From the IMG/VR virus record IMGVR_UViG_3300045988_120652: a DNA stretch of 64,000 bases, one strand, 5' to 3'. Of the stretch, positions 1 to 9,919 are shown piece by piece. Position numbers and translations under genes: made by a program. This DNA is from a virus. Every line of letters starts with the position of its first letter. Within the stretch, counting starts at the first letter, position 1. A model generated the notes under the pieces. It saw only the letters and a list, made by a program, of their open reading frames with translations, was not told the origin of the DNA and did no database searches.

Positions 1-7
1 AAGCGAG

Positions 8-3000
8 ATGAAGCAGGTGGGCGACCAAATGCGCCTTATCGAAGGTCAATACGTCAAGATTGCCGACGGACTAAAGAACGTTTCCAATCAGTCAGACCAG
101 TGGCTCGACAAGGCTATCAAGCAACAGCGCGACCTTGTTGGTTCATTGGAGAAATCGGATGCCGGTTATCAGAAGAACCTCTCTATACTGAAGCAGCTGG
201 AAGCTGAGGAGGATAGACGCAAGGGCAAGATGGGCATTGTGGAAGCTCGTCAGACCGTAACCAGTCAAAACGCTTCGGCATCCGATTTGCGCCGAGCCAA
301 GACCACGCTTACTGAGGCTCGTGACAATACTCCTACAGCAAATACTGGCGACATTGCGCAATACAACAAAGAGCTCCAGGAGATAGAGAAGCGGCTGGAG
401 GCTGTGTCGGGTAAGACTCAGAAAGCATCAATGAGCTGGAAGCAGATGAAGCAGGTATTGGCTGAGCCTAACAAGGCTTCGGGCGAAGACATCAAGCGCA
501 CGATGGAAGTGATACAGCAGAAGATACAGCAACTTCCTGCTGGCAGCAAGTATGTGGCTGACCTCCGTCGCCAATACTCGATGCTTGAACAGACTCTCAA
601 GGGTACCCGTATGTCGCAGAGCGCTCTCAACGACATTCTCGCCCGTAGCAAGCAAGGCAAGGCTTCCCTCGATGAACTGCGTCGTGCCTACAAACAGCTT
701 GAAGAGGAACTGAACCAAATCAATACCAAGAGCAAGGAGTTTGCTGATAGACAGAAGTCTATGAAGGAGCTAAAGAAGAACATCGACGAGGTGACGGGCG
801 CAGCCAACAAGCAGGGCGGAGCATGGCATACAGCCCTGAAGAACCTCACGGCATACGTTGGATTGTTTGCGATGTTCAACAAGGCGAAAGACCTTGTGAC
901 GGGTGCCATCAAGAAGAACTTGGAGTATTCAGGTTCGTTGACCGACATCCGTAAGGTTTCTGGCTTGACGATGGAGCAGGTAAAGCAACTATCTACTGAG
1001 TTGGCCAAAATAGACACCAGAACAAGCGTGGATGGACTGGCACAGCTCGCGTATGAGGCATCTAAGCTCGGCGTAGGAAAGTACGGAGTGGAAGGTATGG
1101 CTCAATTTGTAAGAGCCGCCGATAAAATTAACGTAGCAATCGGCGAGGAAATGGGAGAAAAGGCCCTCCCCTCATTGCTGAAGATGACGGAAGTGTTAGG
1201 TCTTATTCCGAAGATGGGACTTGAGAAATCCATTGAAGCTGTAGGATCTTCCATGTTTAAGTTGGCTTCTACATCTACCGCAACGAGCAACGACATTACC
1301 GAGTTTGCAAAGCGATGTACGGGTGTGGCACGAACAGCCGGAATTACAACCGACCAGTTGCTTGCCCTTGGTAGTGCGTTCAGCGCACAGATGGCTTCGC
1401 CCGAAGTTGCAGCCACCGCCATGTCTAAGTTTATCGTGGCGTTGCAGAAGAACCATAACTTAATAGAAAAAGACCTTGCCATCCCTGCCGGAACCATCAA
1501 TAGCATGTATCAGGCAGGTAACGCAATGGACGCTATTGTCCTTATCCTTGAGAAGATGAAGGAGAAGGGTAATATGAACGCCCTTGGCGAAATTTTCAAA
1601 GACGTAGGCGGCGACGGTCAACGACTCATTTCTTCTATGGTTACTATGGCAAAGAACGTGGATATGCTGAAAGACCATCTCTACGAGTCACAAGAAGCCT
1701 TCAGGGAAGCCACCGCTGTAGGCAAGGAATACTCGATGCAGCAGATGAGCGCAATAGGCATTCTCGAACGTGCCAATAACCTTTGGGAGAAGGCTTTTGT
1801 CAATCCCGATGGCGTGGACGCGGTAAAGGGTATGGCAGAATGGTGGTATGAGATGTCGAAGACCATGACAAGCAGTCCACTGCTGAAAGGTACGCTTCAA
1901 ATCGCTCTGCAAATGGTATTATGGACATTGAAGGGTGTTGCAACATTACTACCAGTTATCATAGGCTACATGGCTTCGCAGGGTGTTTACTCCGGATTGA
2001 GACTTCTGTATCAGTATTTAGCGGCACTCGGTATGGCTGGAAAGGCCATGTTCCAATACGTAAGAGCTCTTTTCGCGGCTAACGCAGCGCAAAGCACGTT
2101 GAACAAAACGATGAAACTGAATCCGTGGATAGCCCTCGCGAGCATCATTATCGGTGTAGCAGGAGCTATATATGGATATACGCAACGGGCAAAGGAAGCG
2201 GCTGCGGCAGCAAAGGAAGCGCAGCGACAAGCTAACGCATGGCGCGAAACTCTCGGACAGGCAGCGGTAGAAACGGAAAACTTAAAGGAAAAGCTCAAGA
2301 ATTACAAGCGAATGATGGGCGAGGAGAACCTTTCGCAAAAGGAACGTCAAGGCCTTATATCGCGTTTCAACAGGGATTTCCGTTCGTACATCGACAACCT
2401 TGGCATTGAAATCAAAAATGTCAAGGATTTGCGCGACCATTACTCTGAGTTGGCACAGGAGGCTGAAAAGGCTACTTACTACCGTATGCGTGAGCAAGCA
2501 AAGCAGCAGGCATTGCCTAAGTTGGACAATGACGTAAACACTGCGTCCAATGCGGTTATGGCGAATGTAGAGAAGTTAGGTTTGGATAAACTTGGCGTAA
2601 AGTTTGAGGATATATACCGGTGGGTAAAAGCAGGAATGAGTGCCAAAGACATTACTATGAAACTGGCAAAAATGCTACCAAAGGACAAGTCGGGTTTGTT
2701 TGATGGATTTAACTGGAAAATAGGAAAACATGGATATATCTATCGTGATACCTACGACAAAAACAGAAAGGCGGGTCCTGCTTCGGATTTTCAGACACAA
2801 CAGCAAATCGCCCAAATGTATAGTGATAACCTTTGGTTTGTCAATGCGTACAGAAGAAGAGGCAATACATTAAATCAAATCAACAAGGCTTACAAAAACT
2901 TTGTGGATGAAGACTACCAGTCGACTCCTCCCGAAACGCCTGGCACTCTTGACAACAACGCCAAGGATAAAGACGCAATAGCCGAAGAGAAACGAAGGGA

Positions 3001-5854
3001 GAACGATCAGAAACGTGCTTGGCGCGAGGATTTACAGCAGAAGCAAGACCAGGCGAAAGCTATCATGGACGATGTGGATAACTACTACGACCGTCAGATT
3101 AACGCTAAGATTGCTCAAGCCATATCTCTTAATATGGACGAAGCCGAGCAGAAGCAGTTTGTCCTTCCCTTGAAGCAAAACAGAGAAATAGTCCGTTCGC
3201 AGGTGCGTCTTGCTGTGGCTGGCAAGGAAAACAAGTGGGAGGATGCGAAGAAGATGATGGCTGCTGATATGGTGGAGCAAGCGGACGAAACAGGTGTGAA
3301 CCTTTCAAAGGATTTGCTTGACGGCATCTTAAACAACAACATTGAGGGCCTGCATAAGCTCATGGGGGTCTTGGGCAAAAATCTTGGCATGTCAATGAGT
3401 TCCATTACAGCGCAGATTTTTGCAAAATCCACTCGTAGCGAACAGGAACTTCTGAAGATGCAGTTCAAGCAGATGGAGGCTCGCCGTAAGATTGCTATGG
3501 AGCATGACTTTACGGGCATTGTTCAGCAGAACTCGTATGACAACTTCAACGAAATGGGGTATGCCGCGCCTACAAAGGAGGAGACTACTGTCACAAAGAA
3601 AATGGTAGACGGCAAGGAAGTTCTCGATACATCTGCTTTTGATAAGCGCAGGAAAGCCATCAAGGATATGTACGAGACAGCTCGCAAGAGTCTCGCCCAG
3701 CTCTATACCATTGATGTTTCAACAACGGATGGCAAAGGTATGCTAATGAAGATGCTGTTCGGGGATGACCCCGACGGCATGGCTGCTCGAATTAAAGCGT
3801 CGTTGGGCGAAAGCGAAGAAAGCTGGAAGGCGTTTTATCTGAATCTTATCCAGTATTCTGACGACTATGCCGCAGCCGAGAAGAAAAAATATGACGAAGC
3901 TAAGAGAATCACTGATTTTTGGTGGTCTTCCAATAAGCGCAATCTTGCCCAACAGGAACGCATACGCAAGATGCAGAACGAGAGCAATCTTTTCGGCAAG
4001 CGTACAAACCTCCTCTCTAATCTCGGTCTTGCCAATCTTACAGCCGACCCCGAGATAGAGCTGATGAAGGCTCGTATGCAAGCTGCCGAAGACTACTATG
4101 CCTTTGTGGAACGCAACACGAAGAACAAGCAGCTAATCGACGAGGCAGAACGTGCCCGTCAGGAAGCCGAGCTTGCTTATGTTAATCAGATGGCTACAGC
4201 AATGAAGTCGCGTCTCTCACAGATGAAGGAACTCGTGCAGCCTATCGAGAATTTCGGTGCTGCCGTAGGACAGGCTCTCGCAGAAATGCGCTATGATGCC
4301 GAGAGCGCAAACGACGCTATCAAATCTGCCCTTAAATCCATGCTTGAATCATGGGGTAAGATGGCTCTCAACGATGTCAACACACAGATGTGGAAAGCCA
4401 TTAATGACGCAGCAGCCAAGCGAGGTAAGGATAAGGCACAGCCCGATATTGAAGCAGCTCGTGCGAACGCAAAAGTCAATTATACCGACTTCAGCGGTAT
4501 CGACTGGCATAATTTTGGCACAGAGTCTAATCCGTTGTGGGTACGCTGGACTGGTGACCATTACGAGAATAAATCGGGCGATGCTGTCTATACCAAGGAG
4601 GATGGCACACCGTTGCCTAACCCCGATGGCAGTGTTCCTCAGTCTAACGAACCTCCAAGAGCATGGAAAAAACGCCATCCCGACGGAACCATTGACGACT
4701 ATAACAAGGAAATAAAAAGCCTTGGCGGGCAGATGGGCACGTCGATGGCAGAACAGACTGGCACTGCCGTAGCCGGTGCCGTTACCGGAAATAGTGGTTT
4801 TGGCGATGCTGCCGCTGGTATTGCCATGAGTGGTGCGGATGCTCTTCTTAACGCTCAGATTAAAAAACCTTCAAAGAGCGAAAAAGAAAAGAAGAACCAA
4901 CTCAAGGAAGAGAAGAAACATCAAAAAGACCTTACCAAGGAAACAAAGAAAGGTCTCTCTGACCGTGAGAAGGCTACCGACAAGGGAGTTAAGAATATCA
5001 CAAAGACAACCGAGCAGGGCAATGACGAACAAAGCAAGGGTACGGAGTTGGCGCAAAAAGGATTGCTTGCAGGAACGGAAACCTTCTTGAACACTTCTTT
5101 CCAACTGAAACAAAAGAACAATAACGAACAGGCAAAGGCTGATGCGGATCTTGCAGAACAGCAGATGACGTTCTCTATAGCTGGTGCTATTGGTAAGTGT
5201 TTCCAATTCTTAGGTCCGATTGCAGGACCTATTGCAGCAGCTGTAGTAATGTCAACCCTTACGGGATTGATGCAGTGGGCATTAAGTTCGGCTTTCAATA
5301 AGAAGAAAAGTTCGTCCAAAGGTCCAAATACGAAGGTTGTTTCCGGTATGCTCACCTACGATTCCGGCAACGTGCAGGACCTCCGTCCGTTCGTAGGCAA
5401 CGATGGCAGTCTCTATTGGGCAACCGAGGACAACAAGCCACACAACGGTGTGTCGCTCCTCACACAGCCTACGGCCACTACCATTAACGGGCATCCGTCC
5501 CTGGTAGCCGAGAATGGTCCCGAGCTGGTAATCGGACGTGAGACCACGCAAGCAATGATGATGAACAATCCTCAGTTGCTCAAGGCTCTCGTAAATTACG
5601 ACCGCAACTATTCCGGTCGCCGAGCTTATGACAACGGCAATATTGCGGAATCATCCGCCACAATCGCCCCACAGCTGTCCGCAACTGATGAAATGTTATC
5701 TGCACAAGCCAATACTAATATTGCGCTCCTGCAAGCCGTAAACACGCTCCTGCAACGCTTGGAGCAGCCTATCGAAGCCAAGATTGATATGTATGGCCGT
5801 GGCAAACTCTACGACAGCATGACAAAGGCTAATCAGTTTATGAAGAACAAGTGA
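8..5854 (+). CDS. Tail tape measure protein (~1948 aa). The frame is open to the window edge, so the N-terminus may lie upstream
   Basis: Very long ORF. The central region (ALKNLTAYVGLF...SGSLTDIRKVSGLT...LAQLAYEASKLGV...INVAIGEEMGEKALPSLLKM) resembles the TP901-type tape-measure core. It also has coiled-coil-like K/E/Q-rich stretches and hydrophobic segments. The many antisense ORFs inside it are taken as spurious. Confidence 0.85.
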   Translation: MKQVGDQMRLIEGQYVKIADGLKNVSNQSDQWLDKAIKQQRDLVGSLEKSDAGYQKNLSILKQLEAEEDRRKGKMGIVEARQTVTSQNASASDLRRAKTTLTEARDNTPTANTGDIAQYNKELQEIEKRLEAVSGKTQKASMSWKQMKQVLAEPNKASGEDIKRTMEVIQQKIQQLPAGSKYVADLRRQYSMLEQTLKGTRMSQSALNDILARSKQGKASLDELRRAYKQLEEELNQINTKSKEFADRQKSMKELKKNIDEVTGAANKQGGAWHTALKNLTAYVGLFAMFNKAKDLVTGAIKKNLEYSGSLTDIRKVSGLTMEQVKQLSTELAKIDTRTSVDGLAQLAYEASKLGVGKYGVEGMAQFVRAADKINVAIGEEMGEKALPSLLKMTEVLGLIPKMGLEKSIEAVGSSMFKLASTSTATSNDITEFAKRCTGVARTAGITTDQLLALGSAFSAQMASPEVAATAMSKFIVALQKNHNLIEKDLAIPAGTINSMYQAGNAMDAIVLILEKMKEKGNMNALGEIFKDVGGDGQRLISSMVTMAKNVDMLKDHLYESQEAFREATAVGKEYSMQQMSAIGILERANNLWEKAFVNPDGVDAVKGMAEWWYEMSKTMTSSPLLKGTLQIALQMVLWTLKGVATLLPVIIGYMASQGVYSGLRLLYQYLAALGMAGKAMFQYVRALFAANAAQSTLNKTMKLNPWIALASIIIGVAGAIYGYTQRAKEAAAAAKEAQRQANAWRETLGQAAVETENLKEKLKNYKRMMGEENLSQKERQGLISRFNRDFRSYIDNLGIEIKNVKDLRDHYSELAQEAEKATYYRMREQAKQQALPKLDNDVNTASNAVMANVEKLGLDKLGVKFEDIYRWVKAGMSAKDITMKLAKMLPKDKSGLFDGFNWKIGKHGYIYRDTYDKNRKAGPASDFQTQQQIAQMYSDNLWFVNAYRRRGNTLNQINKAYKNFVDEDYQSTPPETPGTLDNNAKDKDAIAEEKRRENDQKRAWREDLQQKQDQAKAIMDDVDNYYDRQINAKIAQAISLNMDEAEQKQFVLPLKQNREIVRSQVRLAVAGKENKWEDAKKMMAADMVEQADETGVNLSKDLLDGILNNNIEGLHKLMGVLGKNLGMSMSSITAQIFAKSTRSEQELLKMQFKQMEARRKIAMEHDFTGIVQQNSYDNFNEMGYAAPTKEETTVTKKMVDGKEVLDTSAFDKRRKAIKDMYETARKSLAQLYTIDVSTTDGKGMLMKMLFGDDPDGMAARIKASLGESEESWKAFYLNLIQYSDDYAAAEKKKYDEAKRITDFWWSSNKRNLAQQERIRKMQNESNLFGKRTNLLSNLGLANLTADPEIELMKARMQAAEDYYAFVERNTKNKQLIDEAERARQEAELAYVNQMATAMKSRLSQMKELVQPIENFGAAVGQALAEMRYDAESANDAIKSALKSMLESWGKMALNDVNTQMWKAINDAAAKRGKDKAQPDIEAARANAKVNYTDFSGIDWHNFGTESNPLWVRWTGDHYENKSGDAVYTKEDGTPLPNPDGSVPQSNEPPRAWKKRHPDGTIDDYNKEIKSLGGQMGTSMAEQTGTAVAGAVTGNSGFGDAAAGIAMSGADALLNAQIKKPSKSEKEKKNQLKEEKKHQKDLTKETKKGLSDREKATDKGVKNITKTTEQGNDEQSKGTELAQKGLLAGTETFLNTSFQLKQKNNNEQAKADADLAEQQMTFSIAGAIGKCFQFLGPIAGPIAAAVVMSTLTGLMQWALSSAFNKKKSSSKGPNTKVVSGMLTYDSGNVQDLRPFVGNDGSLYWATEDNKPHNGVSLLTQPTATTINGHPSLVAENGPELVIGRETTQAMMMNNPQLLKALVNYDRNYSGRRAYDNGNIAESSATIAPQLSATDEMLSAQANTNIALLQAVNTLLQRLEQPIEAKIDMYGRGKLYDSMTKANQFMKNK

Positions 5855-5960
5855 CCTTGCGCAACAAGCAGTCCACGTCAAGCGGACTGCGATACATATC
5901 TTCCGCAAGCAATCTTTTCAAGTGACAAAGCATATATTCTCAAGCAACAAATCATTTATT

Positions 5961-5995
5961 AGGTCGTCGCGCCGTTAGGCGTGGCGACCTTTTTC
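5961..5995 (+). terminator. Intrinsic terminator after the tape measure gene
   Basis: AGGTCGTCGCGCC-GTTA-GGCGTGGCGACCT forms a 13-bp stem (two G-T pairs), followed by TTTTT. Confidence 0.7.
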
Positions 5996-6031
5996 TATCA
6001 TTCTTTTATTGTTTTCTATCATATAAAGAAT

Positions 6032-6694
6032 AAACTTCAGTCCCCAAAAGTCCAAAATCTCGAATTTTCGTAACTACCTAATAATCATGGACTTTATCTG
6101 AAGTCTACTCTTCAAAAGTCCAAAAATCTACTAATTCAGGCTACTACTATATATAAATTTCGCCAATTTTCTTTCTTTCCTATTTTCAAAACTCCCCAAC
6201 CCTAACAATATAATTAGTAGCATTAATGCCTATGGCGTAAATAGTTGATATTTAATAAGTTAAGGGGTATGAGAAAAGGCAACTAAGCGAGAGAAACACT
6301 ATAAAAATGGCCTTATTTCTACTATTCTTTATATATTTTTTGTTCTTTGCGCTCGTATAAGTATATAAAAAATTACCCCGTTTTTAAACTTTTAATAGAT
6401 AAATAGCGGAAAATCAGAAAGTTAAATCACTTTTTGAAAAATTCATTGGGGGGTCACGATGTGGATTTTGGGTGGACAGTAGAAGCGTTTTTCAAAATTA
6501 CGAACTTTTCAGTTTTCGGCGTTTTTTTGGAAAATGGACTCAAAGTTTAAAATTTGGACTTTTGGAGGCTGTAAAGTTCAAAACTAAACTTCAGACTTTG
6601 TACAGTTAAACAACGGTAAGAATTGTTGATAAATAAAATAAAAGTTAATAACAATAGTAAGAATTGTTTTTATCAATTATAATTATTAAATTTG
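6032..6694. repeat. AT-rich ORF-free region with iteron-like repeats (possible origin or early control region)
   Basis: CAAAAGTCCAAAA occurs at 6045-6057 and 6113-6125, and inverted at 6553-6565. AAACTTCAG occurs at 6032 and 6586 and inverted near 6097. GTAAGAATTGTT occurs twice (about 6615 and 6657). No ORF of 60 aa or more lies between 5909 and 6731. Confidence 0.4.
6687..6694 (+). promoter_or_regulatory. Bacteroidetes-type -7 promoter element TAAATTTG upstream of the 6732 gene
   Basis: Matches the TAnnTTTG consensus, 38 nt upstream of the ATG. Confidence 0.45.
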
Positions 6695-6731
6695 CAACGG
6701 TAAAATACAATGGTTACTAATTATATAAAAT

Positions 6732-7832
6732 ATGTTCGACGAGATATGCTCCATATATCAAGATGCGCATGATGCCAAGGGAAAGTTTGTTGACCAAGAA
6801 ACTGGCGAGTGCATCACGCAGATGTCTATCCGTGAGTTCTGCTTGACGGATAGATGGAAGCCCTATGTGCAGCATCTTCGCGCTATGCGCAAGGAGTATG
6901 GCAGTAAGGCGAAGCAGATGCCGGAGTATATCAAAACAAAGAAAAAGTTACCTGGTGCCACTCTTAGCGGCTTGTTCGCTCTATATGAAGATGACAGCCT
7001 TACACATCCAGGACAGCGGGTAATGGTGAGCCGTCGGGAGACCCACTTGAAGCAACATACCGGCTGGCTCGCCATCGACATAGACCTCGACGACAACAAG
7101 CACCTTACTCAGTTCGATAATGTGCGTTTTGTATGCCAATATCGCCCTGAGATAGCCTTGCTGATGCGGTCATGCTCTGGCAGCGGATATTTCGGTCTTG
7201 TGCGCTTGGCTTATCCAGCCAGGCATAAAGACCAGTTCAAGGCCCTGTTGAAGGATTATGCTGCTTGTGGCATTACGCTTGATAGGTCGTGCGGTAATAT
7301 AGGTCGTGTACGTTTTGCGTCATGGGATGATCCTGAGCATATATATATCAATGAGAAGGCAACTGCCTATACGGGACTAAATGACCAAGTGGTGATGCCT
7401 CTGCCTTTGTCTCGCTTACATCATTCATCTTATGCGGAAACTCGCCATGGATCTTCAGCTAAGAATGGTGTTGTCATTGGCGATTGGCATGATGACACCC
7501 CCGAAATAGTTTACCGTAAGGTGAAACGACTTGTTGAGAAGGTAGAGCAACAACATGTAGATTTGATGGCAGGACACGATGCTGGATATATAGAGTGGGT
7601 GTATTGTGGAATGTCTCTTTATCATCTGGTAGGGCAGGTTGGTTACGACTTCTGGAAGCGTGTATCGCGATTCCGTCCGGCGGATTCTACTTGCGGACAC
7701 CATGAGAGCGACTTCGCTAAGAGGTGGCCGTCGTTTGCCCAATACTCCAATACAAAAAATTTCTTCTTCAAGCAGTGTATGGATAAAAAAATCACATTGA
7801 CGAGGGATGATTTGTTGGAGATATACGGATAA
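6732..7832 (+). CDS. Putative replication protein, archaeo-eukaryotic primase-like (BT4734/VirE N-terminal-like)
   Basis: WLAIDIDLDDN (DxD-type motif) followed by MRSCSGSGYFGLVRL. The gene sits next to the putative origin region. The family assignment is from memory of motif patterns only. Confidence 0.45.
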   Translation: MFDEICSIYQDAHDAKGKFVDQETGECITQMSIREFCLTDRWKPYVQHLRAMRKEYGSKAKQMPEYIKTKKKLPGATLSGLFALYEDDSLTHPGQRVMVSRRETHLKQHTGWLAIDIDLDDNKHLTQFDNVRFVCQYRPEIALLMRSCSGSGYFGLVRLAYPARHKDQFKALLKDYAACGITLDRSCGNIGRVRFASWDDPEHIYINEKATAYTGLNDQVVMPLPLSRLHHSSYAETRHGSSAKNGVVIGDWHDDTPEIVYRKVKRLVEKVEQQHVDLMAGHDAGYIEWVYCGMSLYHLVGQVGYDFWKRVSRFRPADSTCGHHESDFAKRWPSFAQYSNTKNFFFKQCMDKKITLTRDDLLEIYG

Positions 7833-7985
7833 AGAACCTAAGATTTCAACGAAACACTTTTTCACAAGCGTTAAATCGAAAACTCGAAAAGCGGCTAAAA
7901 CACCCCGATTTTCGCAAAAAGCGAAGCCTATGCGAAGCTTACGCATATTTTACGGTTATTTTACGATCCTTTACTGATTGCTCAA

Positions 7986-8510
7986 ATGTTAAAATTCAAA
8001 CAAAAACGAGATATGAAATTAATAACAATTACCGGTCCGAGTGGTGCAGGAAAGGACACTGTGGCTCGGATGCTTTCCGACTTGGGCGGCTATAAAGTGA
8101 TATGTTCTTATACCACCCGTCCGAAGCGTGAAGGCGAAATTGACGGTGTGGAACATCACTTTGTGGAGAAGTGTGCTGTGCCGCACGACAAGATGCTGGC
8201 TTATACGCAATATGGCGGCTATGAGTATTGGACCACCGTAGAGCAGGTGGGCGACAAGGCTATCTATGTCATTGATGAAGACGGATTGAAGTCGCTTTGC
8301 AAGAAGTTTCCTGATATAGAGCTGTTCAAGATTTGCGTGTCGGCAAAAGAGCGTACACGTCTTCGCCGAGGCGTTACTCCTGAACGTATGGCACGTGACA
8401 AGCAGCGCAAGTGTCTGCCGTTATCGTTCTTCAATGCGGTAATCTTCAACAACGATTCGCCAAGCGATTTACAGGAAGAAGTGCAGCGTGTGAGATACAT
8501 GATTGTGTAA
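7986..8510 (+). CDS. Guanylate kinase-like nucleoside monophosphate kinase (likely start at ATG 8013)
   Basis: P-loop ITITGPSGAGKDT, and YTTRPKREGEIDGVEHHFV matching the guanylate kinase signature TTRxxRxxExxGxxYxFV. Confidence 0.75.
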   Translation: MLKFKQKRDMKLITITGPSGAGKDTVARMLSDLGGYKVICSYTTRPKREGEIDGVEHHFVEKCAVPHDKMLAYTQYGGYEYWTTVEQVGDKAIYVIDEDGLKSLCKKFPDIELFKICVSAKERTRLRRGVTPERMARDKQRKCLPLSFFNAVIFNNDSPSDLQEEVQRVRYMIV

Positions 8511-8565
8511 GCATCGAGAATGAGAATGCACTATCTATTAAATAATCAACTAAAATTCATAAGCA

Positions 8566-9462
8566 ATGAAATTCACCGAGCCACAAGTAGAATGGTGGCA
8601 GCAGACCTCTCTTGCACAACATATAGCAAGAGTGGGCAGAATATGCTACAAGACTAAGGGCAAGCAGCCAGAAGAAGGAATGACCGAAGAGGAGGTGGAA
8701 GCCTTCATTCAGAAGCGCGACGAGGAACGCTGCAAGGGCTTCTGGGAAAGCGGACATCGCTCGATGTATCGTCACGGCACCGTCTACTTTTTCATGCCCA
8801 GCGAAAAGGGTCTTCCTAACTACATCTGGGCGTATCTGAATGCTTCGCCTTACATCGACTATGCCACAAAGAACCATAAGGTATGGATCAGCACTAACAT
8901 GCAGTTCATGCTTGAGAACAAGAATCTTATGGACGCGCTTAGTCCGTATGGTGTCAGCGAGGACGAGTTTATTGAGAAGGCTCAGAAGTACGAGTGTGAG
9001 GAGGCATTCTCCATTATCCGCATGACGCTGGTAGTAACCACGCAGATAAGCACATCGCGCGAGCTCAACCGCACATCGCCCAACAGCATAGCCGAGCAAA
9101 GCACGCGCTACTGTAATATGGAGAAGAAGGGAGGCGTACAGATAGCACGTCCGCATTGGTACGATGAAGGCACTCGTTGGCAGCGCATGGTGTATGGCTT
9201 TGTATGCCGAGTATGCGAGTGGGGCTACAACCGATTGCTGAAGGCGGGATTGAAGCCGCAGGATGCACGAGGTGTTTTGCCTCTTGACACCTATACCGTT
9301 GTGGCATATACATACACTATTGCCGACTGGAAGCATATTCTTGACTTGCGCTATCACGGCAAGACCGGCACACCGCATCCCAATGCAAAGATTGTTGGCG
9401 AGAAGATACGCAACATCATCCTTGAGCGTATGCGCCAATACTTTGCGGTGTTTGACATTTAA
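8566..9462 (+). CDS. thyX: Flavin-dependent thymidylate synthase (ThyX)-like protein with an atypical signature motif
   Basis: ESGHRSMYRHGTVYF resembles the ThyX GHxSxxEH block. TSRELNRTSPNSIAEQSTRY aligns with the ThyX signature SRxxxRHRxxSxxxxSxRY, but RHR is replaced by NRT. Confidence 0.6.
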   Translation: MKFTEPQVEWWQQTSLAQHIARVGRICYKTKGKQPEEGMTEEEVEAFIQKRDEERCKGFWESGHRSMYRHGTVYFFMPSEKGLPNYIWAYLNASPYIDYATKNHKVWISTNMQFMLENKNLMDALSPYGVSEDEFIEKAQKYECEEAFSIIRMTLVVTTQISTSRELNRTSPNSIAEQSTRYCNMEKKGGVQIARPHWYDEGTRWQRMVYGFVCRVCEWGYNRLLKAGLKPQDARGVLPLDTYTVVAYTYTIADWKHILDLRYHGKTGTPHPNAKIVGEKIRNIILERMRQYFAVFDI

Positions 9463-9486
9463 TCATCAATATAAACTATATATATC

Positions 9487-9876
9487 ATGGCGAATTTAAC
9501 ATTAAACGAATATCAGAACAAGGCAATGAGTACTTGTATGCCTGAGAGTGACAATCTCTTCTATATGCTTGCTAATCTCGTAGGCGAGGTCGGCGAGTTT
9601 GCAAGCAAAGCCGGCAAGCACATGCGTAAGGGCAAACTGCATATAACTACAACACAACGCGACGAAGAAGGCAAGATCTTGCATACACAGGTGTGGAATG
9701 TATCTGACGAGGAACGTCATCTTATGCTTTCAGAAATCGGCGACATTCTCTGGCAGACTGCAGGACTGGCAAAAGTAATGGGCGTTACGCTCGAAGATGT
9801 GGCAGAAGAAAACCTCGCAAAACTTGCCTCTCGCAAGCAGCGAAATGTCATTGCTGGTGATGGTGACGAGCGTTAG
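9487..9876 (+). CDS. MazG-like nucleoside triphosphate pyrophosphohydrolase
   Basis: LNEYQNKAMST...LANLVGEVGEFASKAGK...EIGDILWQTAGLAKVMGVTLEDVAEENLAKL is the typical small all-helical MazG pattern with the EVGE acidic motif. Confidence 0.8.
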   Translation: MANLTLNEYQNKAMSTCMPESDNLFYMLANLVGEVGEFASKAGKHMRKGKLHITTTQRDEEGKILHTQVWNVSDEERHLMLSEIGDILWQTAGLAKVMGVTLEDVAEENLAKLASRKQRNVIAGDGDER

Positions 9877-9919
9877 TATTTTACTTCGATAATCGACCTT
9901 ATGATAAATAGCACAAATT

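Noticed and set aside
143-5908. About 30 antisense or alternative-frame ORFs (60-144 aa) inside the tape measure gene
   Set aside because: They are fully nested in a long ORF that has a recognisable tape-measure core. Their translations are low-complexity with no start context, which is typical shadow-ORF behaviour.
8557-9438. A 293-aa minus-strand ORF opposite the ThyX-like gene, and similarly 29879-30661 opposite the SPFH gene and 31848-32726 opposite the portal-sized gene
   Set aside because: The + strand ORFs carry recognisable motifs (ThyX signature, lipoprotein signal/SPFH). The antisense products have no motifs and atypical composition.
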